A stretch of 64,000 nucleotides of DNA from Bacteroidales bacterium (GTDB lineage Bacteria > Bacteroidota > Bacteroidia > Bacteroidales > WRLA01), in contig OY781463.1 in NCBI GenBank assembly GCA_963676725.1, positions 4,332,640-4,396,639 of the forward strand. The letters run 5' to 3'. The position numbers and the translations under genes are program-made. Position 1 is the first letter of the stretch. Each line of letters begins with the position of its first letter. The notes below the pieces were generated by a model. The model did not search any database and was not told the origin of the DNA. It was given only the letters and a program-made list of their open reading frames with translations. Positions 9,134-18,287 of this stretch are shown in pieces.

Positions 9134-12100
9134 TTATTTCTTCAATTCGTTGTCAATGCATGATTGCAGTATTCGAGCGAAATCATAATCGTTTGGTGGT
9201 GCAAAGATAGCAGAATGCTCCCCTGGTATATCAAAGATTTTCACGCCTTTTTGTGCATATTTATCCCATGAATATGTTTTAAAGTCTTCAATATAGAATG
9301 TTTTTCGCTTTGCTTTAAACAGGAATATTTTAATTGGGCAGGGACGCAACACATAATTATCTCCGGCCCTGTTATTTGCTTCATGCACACTTAGCACATA
9401 ATCCTGTAATTTTTCTTTATCACCATCAATAAAAGCTTTCTTGTATTTTCTGTTCGATTTAATATTAGCAATCATTCTATGGACAGATTTTATTTTCCAC
9501 CCAATTACCTGCTTCTTATCGGGATCGCGGATTAAGAGCCAAAATGCAAAAGCGGCCTGATTTACCCGAATTTTAAGTCTTCTGAGTTTTTTTCTCCATG
9601 GATTCAAATAATTATCTGAAGTATAGGCAACGGTATCGAACAAACCCGTAAAGGCAACTTTTTCATGATTCTTCAGTAATTGGCAACTCATTTCATAAGC
9701 AATAATACCTCCCAGCGAATAACCGGCCAATAAATATGGTCCTTCAGCTTGAACGGTTTTAATTTCACTGATATAATGAGCTGCAATTTCTTCCATCGTT
9801 TCCAGTGGCTTTGTTTTCCCATCCAAGCCTTTTGCTTGCAAACCATAAACGGGTTGTTCTGGATCAAGATGTGTTGATAATGATTTATACAACAGCAAGT
9901 TAAGCCCGGCGCCATGCACTACAAACAAAGGTGTTTTATTGCCTTTGGGTTTAATTGCAACCAAACTTCTCCAGGTCTGCTCTTCCTTACAACTCAAGTG
10001 TTTTGATAGTTTTTCAATACTCGAATCAGAGAACAAAACTGCCAATGGTAACCTCTGCCCGAAGGTTTCTTCAATTTTATTCATCATCTGAACTGCCATC
10101 AGGCTATGCCCACCAATGGTGAAGAAATCGTCCTCAATACTTAATTGGACATGTGGCAATAATGCCTGCCAAATATCCAATAATTTTCGTTGCAATTTTG
10201 TTTGTGGCAGCACAATTTCCCTGTCCGAAACAAATAGGTCTGCAGACTGCTCCGGTTTTGGAAGCCGTTTTCTGTCAATCTTCCCGTTGGGTGTCAATGG
10301 GATTTCATCAACTATAGAAAAGCTTGCCGGCAGCATATAATCAGGAAGCTGCTGCATAAGATCTTTTCGTAGTTTTTTGATGTCTGTTTTGGTGTTTTTC
10401 TCTTTTAAATATGCTGCAATATACTTGTTTCCCGGAACATCTTCCCTTACAATTACAACACATTGCTCCACAAAAGTCGACTTAAGAATACAGGCCTCAA
10501 TTTCATCCAGCTCTATTCTAAACCCCCTAATTTTAACCTGATTATCCATTCTGTTCAGGAATTCAAGGTTTCCATTAGCATGCATTTTAACCAAATCTCC
10601 GGTTTTATAAACCATTGCTCCATCCTCATGGGTAAAAGGATCCGGTAAAAATACAGAGCGACTAAGTTCTTTATTATTAAAATATCCCTTTCCAACCCCG
10701 AGTCCGCCAATAAGCAATTCTCCTGCTGTTTCTATTGGCTGAAGGCTCATGCATTCATTAACAACATAAACCTGAGTATTATCAATTGGGTATCCGATAG
10801 ATTCATTAGAACCTTCCTTTAGGAGATTGTTTACCTCAACAGTTGTTGACCAGATCGTAGTTTCAGTCGGGCCGTACATATTCCATAGGCTTTGGCATTT
10901 CCCACATAATTTATATGCAAGATCCGAGGACAAAGCTTCTCCTCCTGCCAAGGCTTTTAGGTCTTGCTTCCCTTCCCAACCACTCAATATCAGCATTTGC
11001 CAACTTACCGGAGTTGCCTGCATCATTGTTATATTCTCTTTATCAATGAGCATTGCTATTTGATCCGGATCCAGCATTTGATCTGCACCGGCAAGAACCA
11101 GTGTTGCTCCGGACATCAGCGGCAAATAGATTTCCAATCCGGCAATATCAAAACTAATAGTTGTTAGCCCAAGCATTTTATCCTGCTCCTGAATGCCGGG
11201 CTTTTTTTGCATTGAATACAAAAAATTAATCAGGTTTTTATGGGAGATAACAACACCTTTTGGATTTCCTGTAGATCCCGATGTATAAATAATATATGCT
11301 ATTGCTTTGGCATTTGGCTTTGGTAAAACAGTGCTTTTTTCTGCCTCAAGAAGCAGTTCATTAATATCAACATGTTTCGTGTTTTCTCCCAGCAATGTTG
11401 CCGCATCATCCTTATGGCAAATCAGAAAACCGGCATTCGAATCATTCAGAATATATCGAATTCGATCATTTGGATAAACAGGGTCAAGCGGAATATAAGC
11501 ACCTCCCGCCTTCATCACAGCAAGAAGGCTAAAAATTAAATCTTCATTTCGGTCAAGGAAAATTGCAGCAAGATCACCCGGTTTAAAGCCTTTATTTATA
11601 AGATTTCGGGCAATTAATGAGCTTCGGGCATCAAGCTCTGCATAAGAAATCCTCTGACCGTTTTGCGTAATAAGGGCAATCTTATCGGGCTGAGCCATTT
11701 TTGCCAGATCAAACGCATTTAAAAAATGAGCATTGTCGGCAAGAAAAGTATTGGTATTGTTGATATTATGAAATAACCAAGATTTCTCTTTGTCTGTTAG
11801 CAAGTTAAAGCTCCCCAAAGCTGTCCCCGGATTTTTTAGCACTTCCTGTATGAGTTGCACATAATGATCCGCAAAAGCCCTGATAAAACTATGATCAAAT
11901 AGATCTGTATTATAATTAAAATTCAGGCATAGTCCATTATTTTGCTCATATACAACGAGGCTTAAATCAAAAATACTCGACTTCACGGACCAATGTACAT
12001 AGGTGCATTCAGCACCCTCAAATTTGAAGGAATCGGAATGCGCATTTAGATAGTTAAAAATACATTGAAAAACAGGAGTGTAGCTAAGATCACGCCTGAG

Positions 12101-15100
12101 TTTTAGGCGATCAACAATGCGCTCAAATGCTGTATCCTGATGCTCAAAGACCTGAAGTAATCCGTCAGAAAAATCAGCGAGATAATCTGTGAAAGCTTTT
12201 TGAGGATCAATCTGCGAACGAACCGGTAAATTATTGATTAATGTACCAAATAGCGCTTCTGTTTGCGCAAAATTCCGGTTTGCCAATGGGGTTCCGGTAA
12301 CGAGATCAAGCGCTCCGGTATACCTGTGCAAAAGAATATTGAAGACTGAATAAAGGCACATATTCAGACTCCGGTTTTGTTCCTGACAAAAAACTTTCAA
12401 ATCACCAAACACTTCGTTATCAATATGTTTGCAGATTTCTTCACCACGAAATGTTTGCCGTGCAGGCCTTTTGTTTTGTATGGGAAGGCTGGTCTGCTCC
12501 GGGGCTCCTTGAAGATATTCTGCCCAGAAATCCAGCTTTGCCTCTACTTCAGCACTATTTATGTATTGGTTATGCCATGAAATATAATCGGTATAGGATA
12601 TTGCTTGAGAATTTAAAACAATCGAACTGCCTGCCTTTATGTGTGCGTAGGCTTCGTTTATTTCCCGAATAAAAACGCCAACAGACCAATTATCAGCAAT
12701 CAAATGGTGAAAATTCAAAAGAAGCCTATATTCTTGCGCTCCATATTTGATGATTGAAATTCTAAAAAGCGGGGGTTTTTCGAAATCGAAGCGGTGATCA
12801 AAAAATTTCGCTTCATAATCAATCAGTTCCTTTTGAGGATTTGGTTTTGTGGTAAGATCAAAATATTCCGGATTAAATGTCTTAAGGTCATGTATTTTCA
12901 GTTTTGGAAAACCTTTTTGCGCAATGATTGAAGCACGAAGCATTTGATGTTTCATCATCATAAACTGCACACTTTTTGCAAAAAGTACGGTGCTAAATTC
13001 ACCCTGAATATTATAAGAAATTGGGATATTATATGCCGTACCCGGATCCTCCAATTGATATAAAAACCATATCCTTTTTTGCGAAGCAGATAGTTCAGAC
13101 AATTCATTATCGCCCAAATGTTTTATGATAATTTGGCTTGTCTCATCCGCTTTTTGTTGTTGAACAAGAGTAACAAGTTGTTTCAGGCTGGGATTTTCAA
13201 GAAATGCTTTAAGGGATATTTTTTTTGATGTCTTGCTTCGTATCCTCGACAATAATTGAGTTGCCAGCAAACTATGACCGCCATAATCAAAAAAGTTATC
13301 GTTCAAAAAAGCCTGTTCAAGCTTTAAGGCTTGGCACCACAATTGACTGAGCTCTATTTCATCTTTTGTTTTTGGGGGCTCTTCTGTTTTCGATAAAGGG
13401 ATGCGCTTGCCTTTGGGGCGAGGCAGGGCCTTTTTGTCCACTTTTTTATTGCTTGTTCTTGGGAAAGCCTCCATATAAATAATAAATGAAGGCATCATAT
13501 ACTGAGGCAGCCTCTTTTCGAGGAATAATCGCAACTCCCTTTCATCCAATGGTTTATTACTTACATAATAGGCCGCAAGAACAAGTGTTTTTCCATGATC
13601 ATGATAAGGGACAACAGCCACTTCACTAATGGATTCATGTTCGCTCAACTTTTGCTCAATTTCTTCCGGCTCAATCCTAAACCCATTAATTTTTAATTGA
13701 TTATCGACCCGACCTACAAATTCTAAGCGTTTATTCAAATTCCAATATGCCAGATCTCCGGTCTTATAGTAGCGTTCACCATCAATAAAAACAAACTTTT
13801 GTTGCGTAAGCTCCTGTCGACCAATATAAGCATCCGCTAAGCCTAAGCCTCCGATAAGCAGCTCTCCCTTTGCTCCCGCAGGAAGCAGTCTTCCATATTT
13901 ATCGCAAATTCTTGCCGTTGCATTGCATATTGGGCCTCCAATGGGCATTTTGTCGGGCGTGTCGGCTTTTAGCACTTCATAAGTAGCAACAACAGTAGTT
14001 TCTGTAGGGCCATAAGTATTATATAATAGAGGATATTCAGGGTACATTTTTCTCCATGTCCTGATGCTTCCCGGCAAAGCAGCTTCCCCACCAATAATAA
14101 CTTCGCGGACATGATCTGGCAAACTCAACTTCTCACTATGCAATACATCTGTAAGATAATGCCAATATGCTGTTGGTAAGTCTAACTGAGTGATTCCAAA
14201 CTCTTTTACTTTTTCGATAAAAGCCTGAACAGAATCAAGCCAGGAATCATCACGAATAACTAGTTCAGCAGCTGATGCAAGTGTGGGATAAATTTCTTCG
14301 ATACAGGTGTCAAAATGAATGCTGGCAAATTGAAGCATCTTATCCTGATGTGTTGTTTTGAAGGCTTGACATGAATGCTGCACAAAATTATTTAAGGCCT
14401 TTCTGCTAATTTCTACGCCTTTTGGAGTTCCTGTTGTTCCACTGGTATAAATCGCATAGGCCTTCGTTGCCGGAATAAAATCACACAGCAGATCCTCATC
14501 AACAACCTTCTGTATTTTCGGTGGCGCAATTATTTTTAATCCGCTTAATATCTCTCTTTTAGAGAACATTGGGTCGGCAATTACCCTATCGATTTGTGCA
14601 TCCTTCAAGATAAAACTGAGGCGCTCCTCAGGCAAAGACGGATCAAGAACAACAAATGCATTAGCTGAAGCCAAAACTGCCAATTGACTAATAATAAGCT
14701 CAATACCTCTAGGAAGAAGTATGCCAATATATTGGTTTTCTGTTCGGCCATTTTCCAATAACAACTGCTTGAAACAACACACGGAAGCAGATAATTGCCT
14801 ATATGACAGACTTGTATTCTGATAACGTAGAGCCGTTTTATTGGGATAATTTATATAAGAATATTCAAAGCCATTAAAAAACCCTCCATTTTTCGCGAAA
14901 TGATGCTCATTTGTCCCACAATCTTCCAAGAGCTTTCGTTCTTGCGGATTAATAAGCAAAAAACTCTGTAATTGCTTTTGAGGATTCTGGATTGCTTGAT
15001 CAAGAAAAAACATCAGGTTTTGATGCAGGTTCTCTATGGTTTTTCGGCAGAAGACATCCGTATTATATTCTATTTCTGCAATTAATCCTGTATTGGTTTC

Positions 15101-18055
15101 AAAAACATTATAGGTAATATCAAGTTTTGAGCCTTGATATGCCGTAGGGGAAAAGTGGGTTTTGCATGCATCAAGTTTTAGTATTTCAAGATCCATACTT
15201 TGGTAAATGAACATCAACTGATAAATTGGATTATACGCGCCGGTTCGCTCCTTCTGTATTTCATTTGCGATAAGCTCATACGGATATTCCTGGTTTTCAG
15301 AAGCTATACTTGCAATATCATTTTGTCTTTTCAAAAAATCTAAAAAACTCAACTCGTGTACAATATCCATTGGTAAAAGCACAACTTGAGTCAAAAAACC
15401 TGCAATATTTCTTGTTTCGGCCTGTCTGCGGTTAGCCATCATCGTGCCTATAAGAAATTGCTCCTGACTACACCAGCACGAAACACAATAAGAAAAGGCG
15501 GATAAAAACAGATTAAACGGGCTAGTTTTAAGAATTTTACTGACTTCCAAAATACGTTCTCCAAAACTCTTTTCAATCGCAAAACTTAAGGTTTCTCCAC
15601 TCATGCTAAGGTTTTTAGGCCTTGGATAATCCAGAGGAAATTCCAGATATTGTGGATAATCTTTCAATTTTTGACACCAATAATCCCTTTGGCTATTCCA
15701 TACACCGCTTTCTACGCAATCTATCTGCCAATTGGTATAGGCTCTATAGGAAAAAACGGCCTGATGTTCCGGCAAAGGCAAATCATAAACCATGGCATTA
15801 TAAACGGACGACAGTTCCTGTATAAGCAATGAAATGGATGATCCATCACTAATAATATGATGAATGAGCAAGAAAAAAGTGTATTGATTTTCATGGGATT
15901 TAAGCAAATAAATCCTGAAAAGGGGAGCTTTACGTAGGTCAAAAGGCTTATTTGTCTCCGTTTTTATAAATGCCGGGATTGCTTCAGCCTTTTCAGAAAA
16001 ATCAATCACTTGAAATGGGAAACTACTGGATTTTGTTTCTTTTTGCCAAATCTCTCCATCAGATTCAACAAAATAAGACCTAAGGCTTTGATGCCTTCGC
16101 ATTAGATGCTGAATGCTCAAATTAAACTTTTCGGTATTGAGTGAGCCATCAATATGATAAACCACTGGAATATTATAAGCCGGGGAATTACTATCCATCT
16201 GGTAGAACAGCCATGGTCTTTGCTGGTTAAAAGACAAAGGAACAAGGCCGGAAGGTTCTAATAATTTTGGCATTTTCGACTTATGCAGAGGCATACGATC
16301 AATAAATGCACTAAGTTGTTCCAAACTTTCTGCAGACAGAAACTCAATAAAACTAATGCGTTTAAACAGTTGTTCTTCAATATCACTAATAATTTTTGCT
16401 GCAATCAGCGAATGCCCTCCTATTTCAATGAAATGATCATCTAAACCTGGTGTTTCATCAAGGTTTAGTTCATTTTTCCAAAATGCTGCTATAACTTTTT
16501 CCGTTGATGTTTTCGGCAGGCGTTTAAAATTTCTTAGCGGATTGATCCCTGAAATATTTTTAATTTTCTCTCGGTTCACCTTGCCGTTTGCATTTAAAGG
16601 CACATCATCAATAAACAAGAAACGGGCAGGAACCATATAAGCAGGAAGTTGCTCTCTACATTTGGCCCGAAGTGTGCATGCCAGGTTTTGAATATTTGCC
16701 CCTGGGCTTTCTTTGATTAAAGCGGATATACTTTTGCCGGCCCCTTCCCCTTCGAGCCGAATAAATGCGTTATGAACGCCCACGACCTGATTCAAACAAC
16801 TCTCTATTTCCCCTGTTTCTATCCTTAGTCCCCGAATTTTAAATTGGTCATCCATGCGGCCATGAAACTCCAAATTACCGTCCGGCATAATACAGCCAAG
16901 GTCACCGCTTCGATACATTCTTTCATTTGGGAGAAATGGGTCTGCAACAAATTTTTTCTCTGTTTCTTCCGGTAAATAGAGATATCCTTCACCCAGTCCT
17001 TCCCCAGCAATACATATTTCCCCTATTTTCCCGTCGGGGACTTTTTCGAGTTTATCATCAAGTATATAAATGCGTGTCTTGGCAACAGCTTTCCCTATTG
17101 GGATATTATCTACTTGTCCCTCAAGCAGATAAGCTGTAGCATATACAGTGCACTCTGCCGGCCCGTATACATTCAGCATTTGATAGTCCTGATTCTTAAA
17201 CTTTTGAAGTTTATCTCCACCTGTATAAAGCATAGTGAGGGATGTGCTTCCCTTTATTTCAACAAATTGCTCAAAAAGCTGCGTAGGGAGGAAGGCAATA
17301 CGTATTCCATTTTGGACAAAATAGTCATATATACGCACTACAGATAAGCGGATATTTTCCGAAATCATATGTAATTCAGCGCCCACAGGAAAAGACGAGA
17401 AGAGTTCGCCTATGGTGGCGTCGAATCCATAACCAGCATATTTTGACATTGGAATACCGGGCCCGGCACCGATTCTGTGAATCATATCCATCATGCGTTC
17501 ATATAATGCTTTATGACTTACCATCACGCCTTTTGGCTTTCCTGTGCTCCCACTGGTAAAAATCACATAGGCAATATCTGATGGTTTCGGCCGCCCCTCC
17601 TCAGGCAAAGACGTATCCTGAGCGTGTGTTAGATCATCCAAAGTAACAATAGATCCGGTGAACCAGGTCAGTTTTGTGCTAAAATCACTTGTTGTGATAA
17701 TCACTTTTGCCCGGCTGTGCTCAATAATATAGCGAATACGAGCTTCCGGATATTGATAGTCAACAGGCAGAAATACGCCCCCAATTTTGAGCAAAGCCAA
17801 AGGCCCGGCAACTTGCGCCAAATGAGGCTCACAAATAACTGCTCCAATATCTGATTTTTTGAAACCACTATCAAGAATGCGCAGGGCAAGTGCATTGCTT
17901 AATGTGTTCAGTTCGCATATGCTGATGCTTTTATTTTCCCAAACAACAGCTTTGTTATTTGGGTGCTTCCTCAATGTTCTTTGAAATACATCGAGAATAG
18001 TCTCTCCAACGAAACGATCCATCTTTACTATAGACATTAACTTATAATCCAACAA
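9134..18055 (-). CDS. Trimodular non-ribosomal peptide synthetase, A-T-C-A-T-C-A-T-TE (2973 aa)
   Basis: Three adenylation cores are present (FTSGSTGKPKG, YTSGTTGTPKG, YTSGSTGNPKG). Three carrier GGHS motifs have their Ser at aa 549, 1595 and 2651. Two condensation His motifs occur (HHIISDG at aa 732, HHLIADN at aa 1783). The terminal thioesterase has GYSLGG with Ser at aa 2780. The ORF opens with TTG at 18055, and in-frame ATGs at 18037 and 18022 are alternative starts. Confidence 0.95.
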   Translation of the reverse strand: MLDYKLMSIVKMDRFVGETILDVFQRTLRKHPNNKAVVWENKSISICELNTLSNALALRILDSGFKKSDIGAVICEPHLAQVAGPLALLKIGGVFLPVDYQYPEARIRYIIEHSRAKVIITTSDFSTKLTWFTGSIVTLDDLTHAQDTSLPEEGRPKPSDIAYVIFTSGSTGKPKGVMVSHKALYERMMDMIHRIGAGPGIPMSKYAGYGFDATIGELFSSFPVGAELHMISENIRLSVVRIYDYFVQNGIRIAFLPTQLFEQFVEIKGSTSLTMLYTGGDKLQKFKNQDYQMLNVYGPAECTVYATAYLLEGQVDNIPIGKAVAKTRIYILDDKLEKVPDGKIGEICIAGEGLGEGYLYLPEETEKKFVADPFLPNERMYRSGDLGCIMPDGNLEFHGRMDDQFKIRGLRIETGEIESCLNQVVGVHNAFIRLEGEGAGKSISALIKESPGANIQNLACTLRAKCREQLPAYMVPARFLFIDDVPLNANGKVNREKIKNISGINPLRNFKRLPKTSTEKVIAAFWKNELNLDETPGLDDHFIEIGGHSLIAAKIISDIEEQLFKRISFIEFLSAESLEQLSAFIDRMPLHKSKMPKLLEPSGLVPLSFNQQRPWLFYQMDSNSPAYNIPVVYHIDGSLNTEKFNLSIQHLMRRHQSLRSYFVESDGEIWQKETKSSSFPFQVIDFSEKAEAIPAFIKTETNKPFDLRKAPLFRIYLLKSHENQYTFFLLIHHIISDGSSISLLIQELSSVYNAMVYDLPLPEHQAVFSYRAYTNWQIDCVESGVWNSQRDYWCQKLKDYPQYLEFPLDYPRPKNLSMSGETLSFAIEKSFGERILEVSKILKTSPFNLFLSAFSYCVSCWCSQEQFLIGTMMANRRQAETRNIAGFLTQVVLLPMDIVHELSFLDFLKRQNDIASIASENQEYPYELIANEIQKERTGAYNPIYQLMFIYQSMDLEILKLDACKTHFSPTAYQGSKLDITYNVFETNTGLIAEIEYNTDVFCRKTIENLHQNLMFFLDQAIQNPQKQLQSFLLINPQERKLLEDCGTNEHHFAKNGGFFNGFEYSYINYPNKTALRYQNTSLSYRQLSASVCCFKQLLLENGRTENQYIGILLPRGIELIISQLAVLASANAFVVLDPSLPEERLSFILKDAQIDRVIADPMFSKREILSGLKIIAPPKIQKVVDEDLLCDFIPATKAYAIYTSGTTGTPKGVEISRKALNNFVQHSCQAFKTTHQDKMLQFASIHFDTCIEEIYPTLASAAELVIRDDSWLDSVQAFIEKVKEFGITQLDLPTAYWHYLTDVLHSEKLSLPDHVREVIIGGEAALPGSIRTWRKMYPEYPLLYNTYGPTETTVVATYEVLKADTPDKMPIGGPICNATARICDKYGRLLPAGAKGELLIGGLGLADAYIGRQELTQQKFVFIDGERYYKTGDLAYWNLNKRLEFVGRVDNQLKINGFRIEPEEIEQKLSEHESISEVAVVPYHDHGKTLVLAAYYVSNKPLDERELRLFLEKRLPQYMMPSFIIYMEAFPRTSNKKVDKKALPRPKGKRIPLSKTEEPPKTKDEIELSQLWCQALKLEQAFLNDNFFDYGGHSLLATQLLSRIRSKTSKKISLKAFLENPSLKQLVTLVQQQKADETSQIIIKHLGDNELSELSASQKRIWFLYQLEDPGTAYNIPISYNIQGEFSTVLFAKSVQFMMMKHQMLRASIIAQKGFPKLKIHDLKTFNPEYFDLTTKPNPQKELIDYEAKFFDHRFDFEKPPLFRISIIKYGAQEYRLLLNFHHLIADNWSVGVFIREINEAYAHIKAGSSIVLNSQAISYTDYISWHNQYINSAEVEAKLDFWAEYLQGAPEQTSLPIQNKRPARQTFRGEEICKHIDNEVFGDLKVFCQEQNRSLNMCLYSVFNILLHRYTGALDLVTGTPLANRNFAQTEALFGTLINNLPVRSQIDPQKAFTDYLADFSDGLLQVFEHQDTAFERIVDRLKLRRDLSYTPVFQCIFNYLNAHSDSFKFEGAECTYVHWSVKSSIFDLSLVVYEQNNGLCLNFNYNTDLFDHSFIRAFADHYVQLIQEVLKNPGTALGSFNLLTDKEKSWLFHNINNTNTFLADNAHFLNAFDLAKMAQPDKIALITQNGQRISYAELDARSSLIARNLINKGFKPGDLAAIFLDRNEDLIFSLLAVMKAGGAYIPLDPVYPNDRIRYILNDSNAGFLICHKDDAATLLGENTKHVDINELLLEAEKSTVLPKPNAKAIAYIIYTSGSTGNPKGVVISHKNLINFLYSMQKKPGIQEQDKMLGLTTISFDIAGLEIYLPLMSGATLVLAGADQMLDPDQIAMLIDKENITMMQATPVSWQMLILSGWEGKQDLKALAGGEALSSDLAYKLCGKCQSLWNMYGPTETTIWSTTVEVNNLLKEGSNESIGYPIDNTQVYVVNECMSLQPIETAGELLIGGLGVGKGYFNNKELSRSVFLPDPFTHEDGAMVYKTGDLVKMHANGNLEFLNRMDNQVKIRGFRIELDEIEACILKSTFVEQCVVIVREDVPGNKYIAAYLKEKNTKTDIKKLRKDLMQQLPDYMLPASFSIVDEIPLTPNGKIDRKRLPKPEQSADLFVSDREIVLPQTKLQRKLLDIWQALLPHVQLSIEDDFFTIGGHSLMAVQMMNKIEETFGQRLPLAVLFSDSSIEKLSKHLSCKEEQTWRSLVAIKPKGNKTPLFVVHGAGLNLLLYKSLSTHLDPEQPVYGLQAKGLDGKTKPLETMEEIAAHYISEIKTVQAEGPYLLAGYSLGGIIAYEMSCQLLKNHEKVAFTGLFDTVAYTSDNYLNPWRKKLRRLKIRVNQAAFAFWLLIRDPDKKQVIGWKIKSVHRMIANIKSNRKYKKAFIDGDKEKLQDYVLSVHEANNRAGDNYVLRPCPIKIFLFKAKRKTFYIEDFKTYSWDKYAQKGVKIFDIPGEHSAIFAPPNDYDFARILQSCIDNELKK
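9137..9958 (-). other. NRPS terminal thioesterase domain
   Basis: PLFVVHGAGLN, GYSLGG (Ser codon 9716..9718) and a C-terminal IPGEHSAIF His motif are present. A long basic lid-like insertion lies between them (WRKKLRRLKIRVNQ...KSNRKYKK). Confidence 0.8.
10001..10213 (-). other. NRPS carrier (T/PCP) domain 3
   Basis: FFTIGGHSLMAVQM, with the Ser codon at 10103..10105. Confidence 0.85.
10256..11743 (-). other. NRPS adenylation domain A3, glycine-type specificity code (approximate bounds)
   Basis: Approximately aa 2105-2600. Pocket residues read from FDIAGL / MMQATP / ALAGGE / NMYGPTETTIW give D I L Q L G M I W (K). This is the classical Gly code family DILQLG(L/M)(I/V)WK. Confidence 0.8.
11786..13108 (-). 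other. NRPS condensation domain C2 (approximate bounds)
   Basis: It starts near LSASQKRIWFLYQ. The active-site motif reads HHLIADNWS, so the usual Gly of HHxxxDG is Asn. The His-His codons are at 12704..12709. Confidence 0.8.
13166..13372 (-). other. NRPS carrier (T/PCP) domain 2
   Basis: FFDYGGHSLLATQL, with the Ser codon at 13271..13273. Confidence 0.85.
13421..14908 (-). other. NRPS adenylation domain A2 (approximate bounds)
   Basis: Approximately aa 1050-1545. Pocket residues read from FDTCIE / QLDLPT / VIIGGE / NTYGPTETTVV give D T E D I G T V V (K). Confidence 0.8.
14951..16243 (-). other. NRPS condensation domain C1 (approximate bounds)
   Basis: It starts near LVPLSFNQQRPWLFYQ and has a canonical HHIISDG active-site motif encoded at 15842..15862. 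Confidence 0.8.
16286..16492 (-). other. NRPS carrier (T/PCP) domain 1
   Basis: FIEIGGHSLIAAKI, with the phosphopantetheine Ser codon at 16409..16411. Confidence 0.85.
16511..17998 (-). other. NRPS adenylation domain A1 (approximate bounds)
   Basis: Approximately aa 20-515. Pocket residues were read against the GrsA numbering from FDATIG / AFLPT / LYTGGD / NVYGPAECTVY. They give D A G F Y G V V Y (K). Confidence 0.8.
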
Positions 18056-18279
18056 GACGACATTTGTCGCTAATAAACTGAATTACACATTTTTAACACG
18101 TAATTTTTAAAAACCTTGACCTCTTTTCCCTTATAAGGACGCCAAAATACTAAATAATTACACATTAGTGGCTCAGTGGTCAATGTTTTTTTTGAAATTT
18201 ATTAATGAACATGCGAAACATTTGAAATACCATAGTGTTTCCCCATCAATTAAAAACCTTTCACTAAGCAGGATTTTTA

Positions 18280-18287
18280 TAATTTTG
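18280..18287 (+). promoter_or_regulatory. Bacteroidetes-type -7 box (TAATTTTG)
   Basis: An exact TAnnTTTG match lies 55 nt upstream of the ATG at 18342. It sits inside the longer ORF-track reading frame 18168.., which argues for the shorter gene model. Confidence 0.35.

Noticed and set aside
9688-17895. About 15 short ORFs on both strands lie inside the NRPS gene.
   Set aside because: All are embedded in or antisense to a continuous 2973-codon frame whose motifs are intact end to end. There is no sign of frameshift or of split genes.
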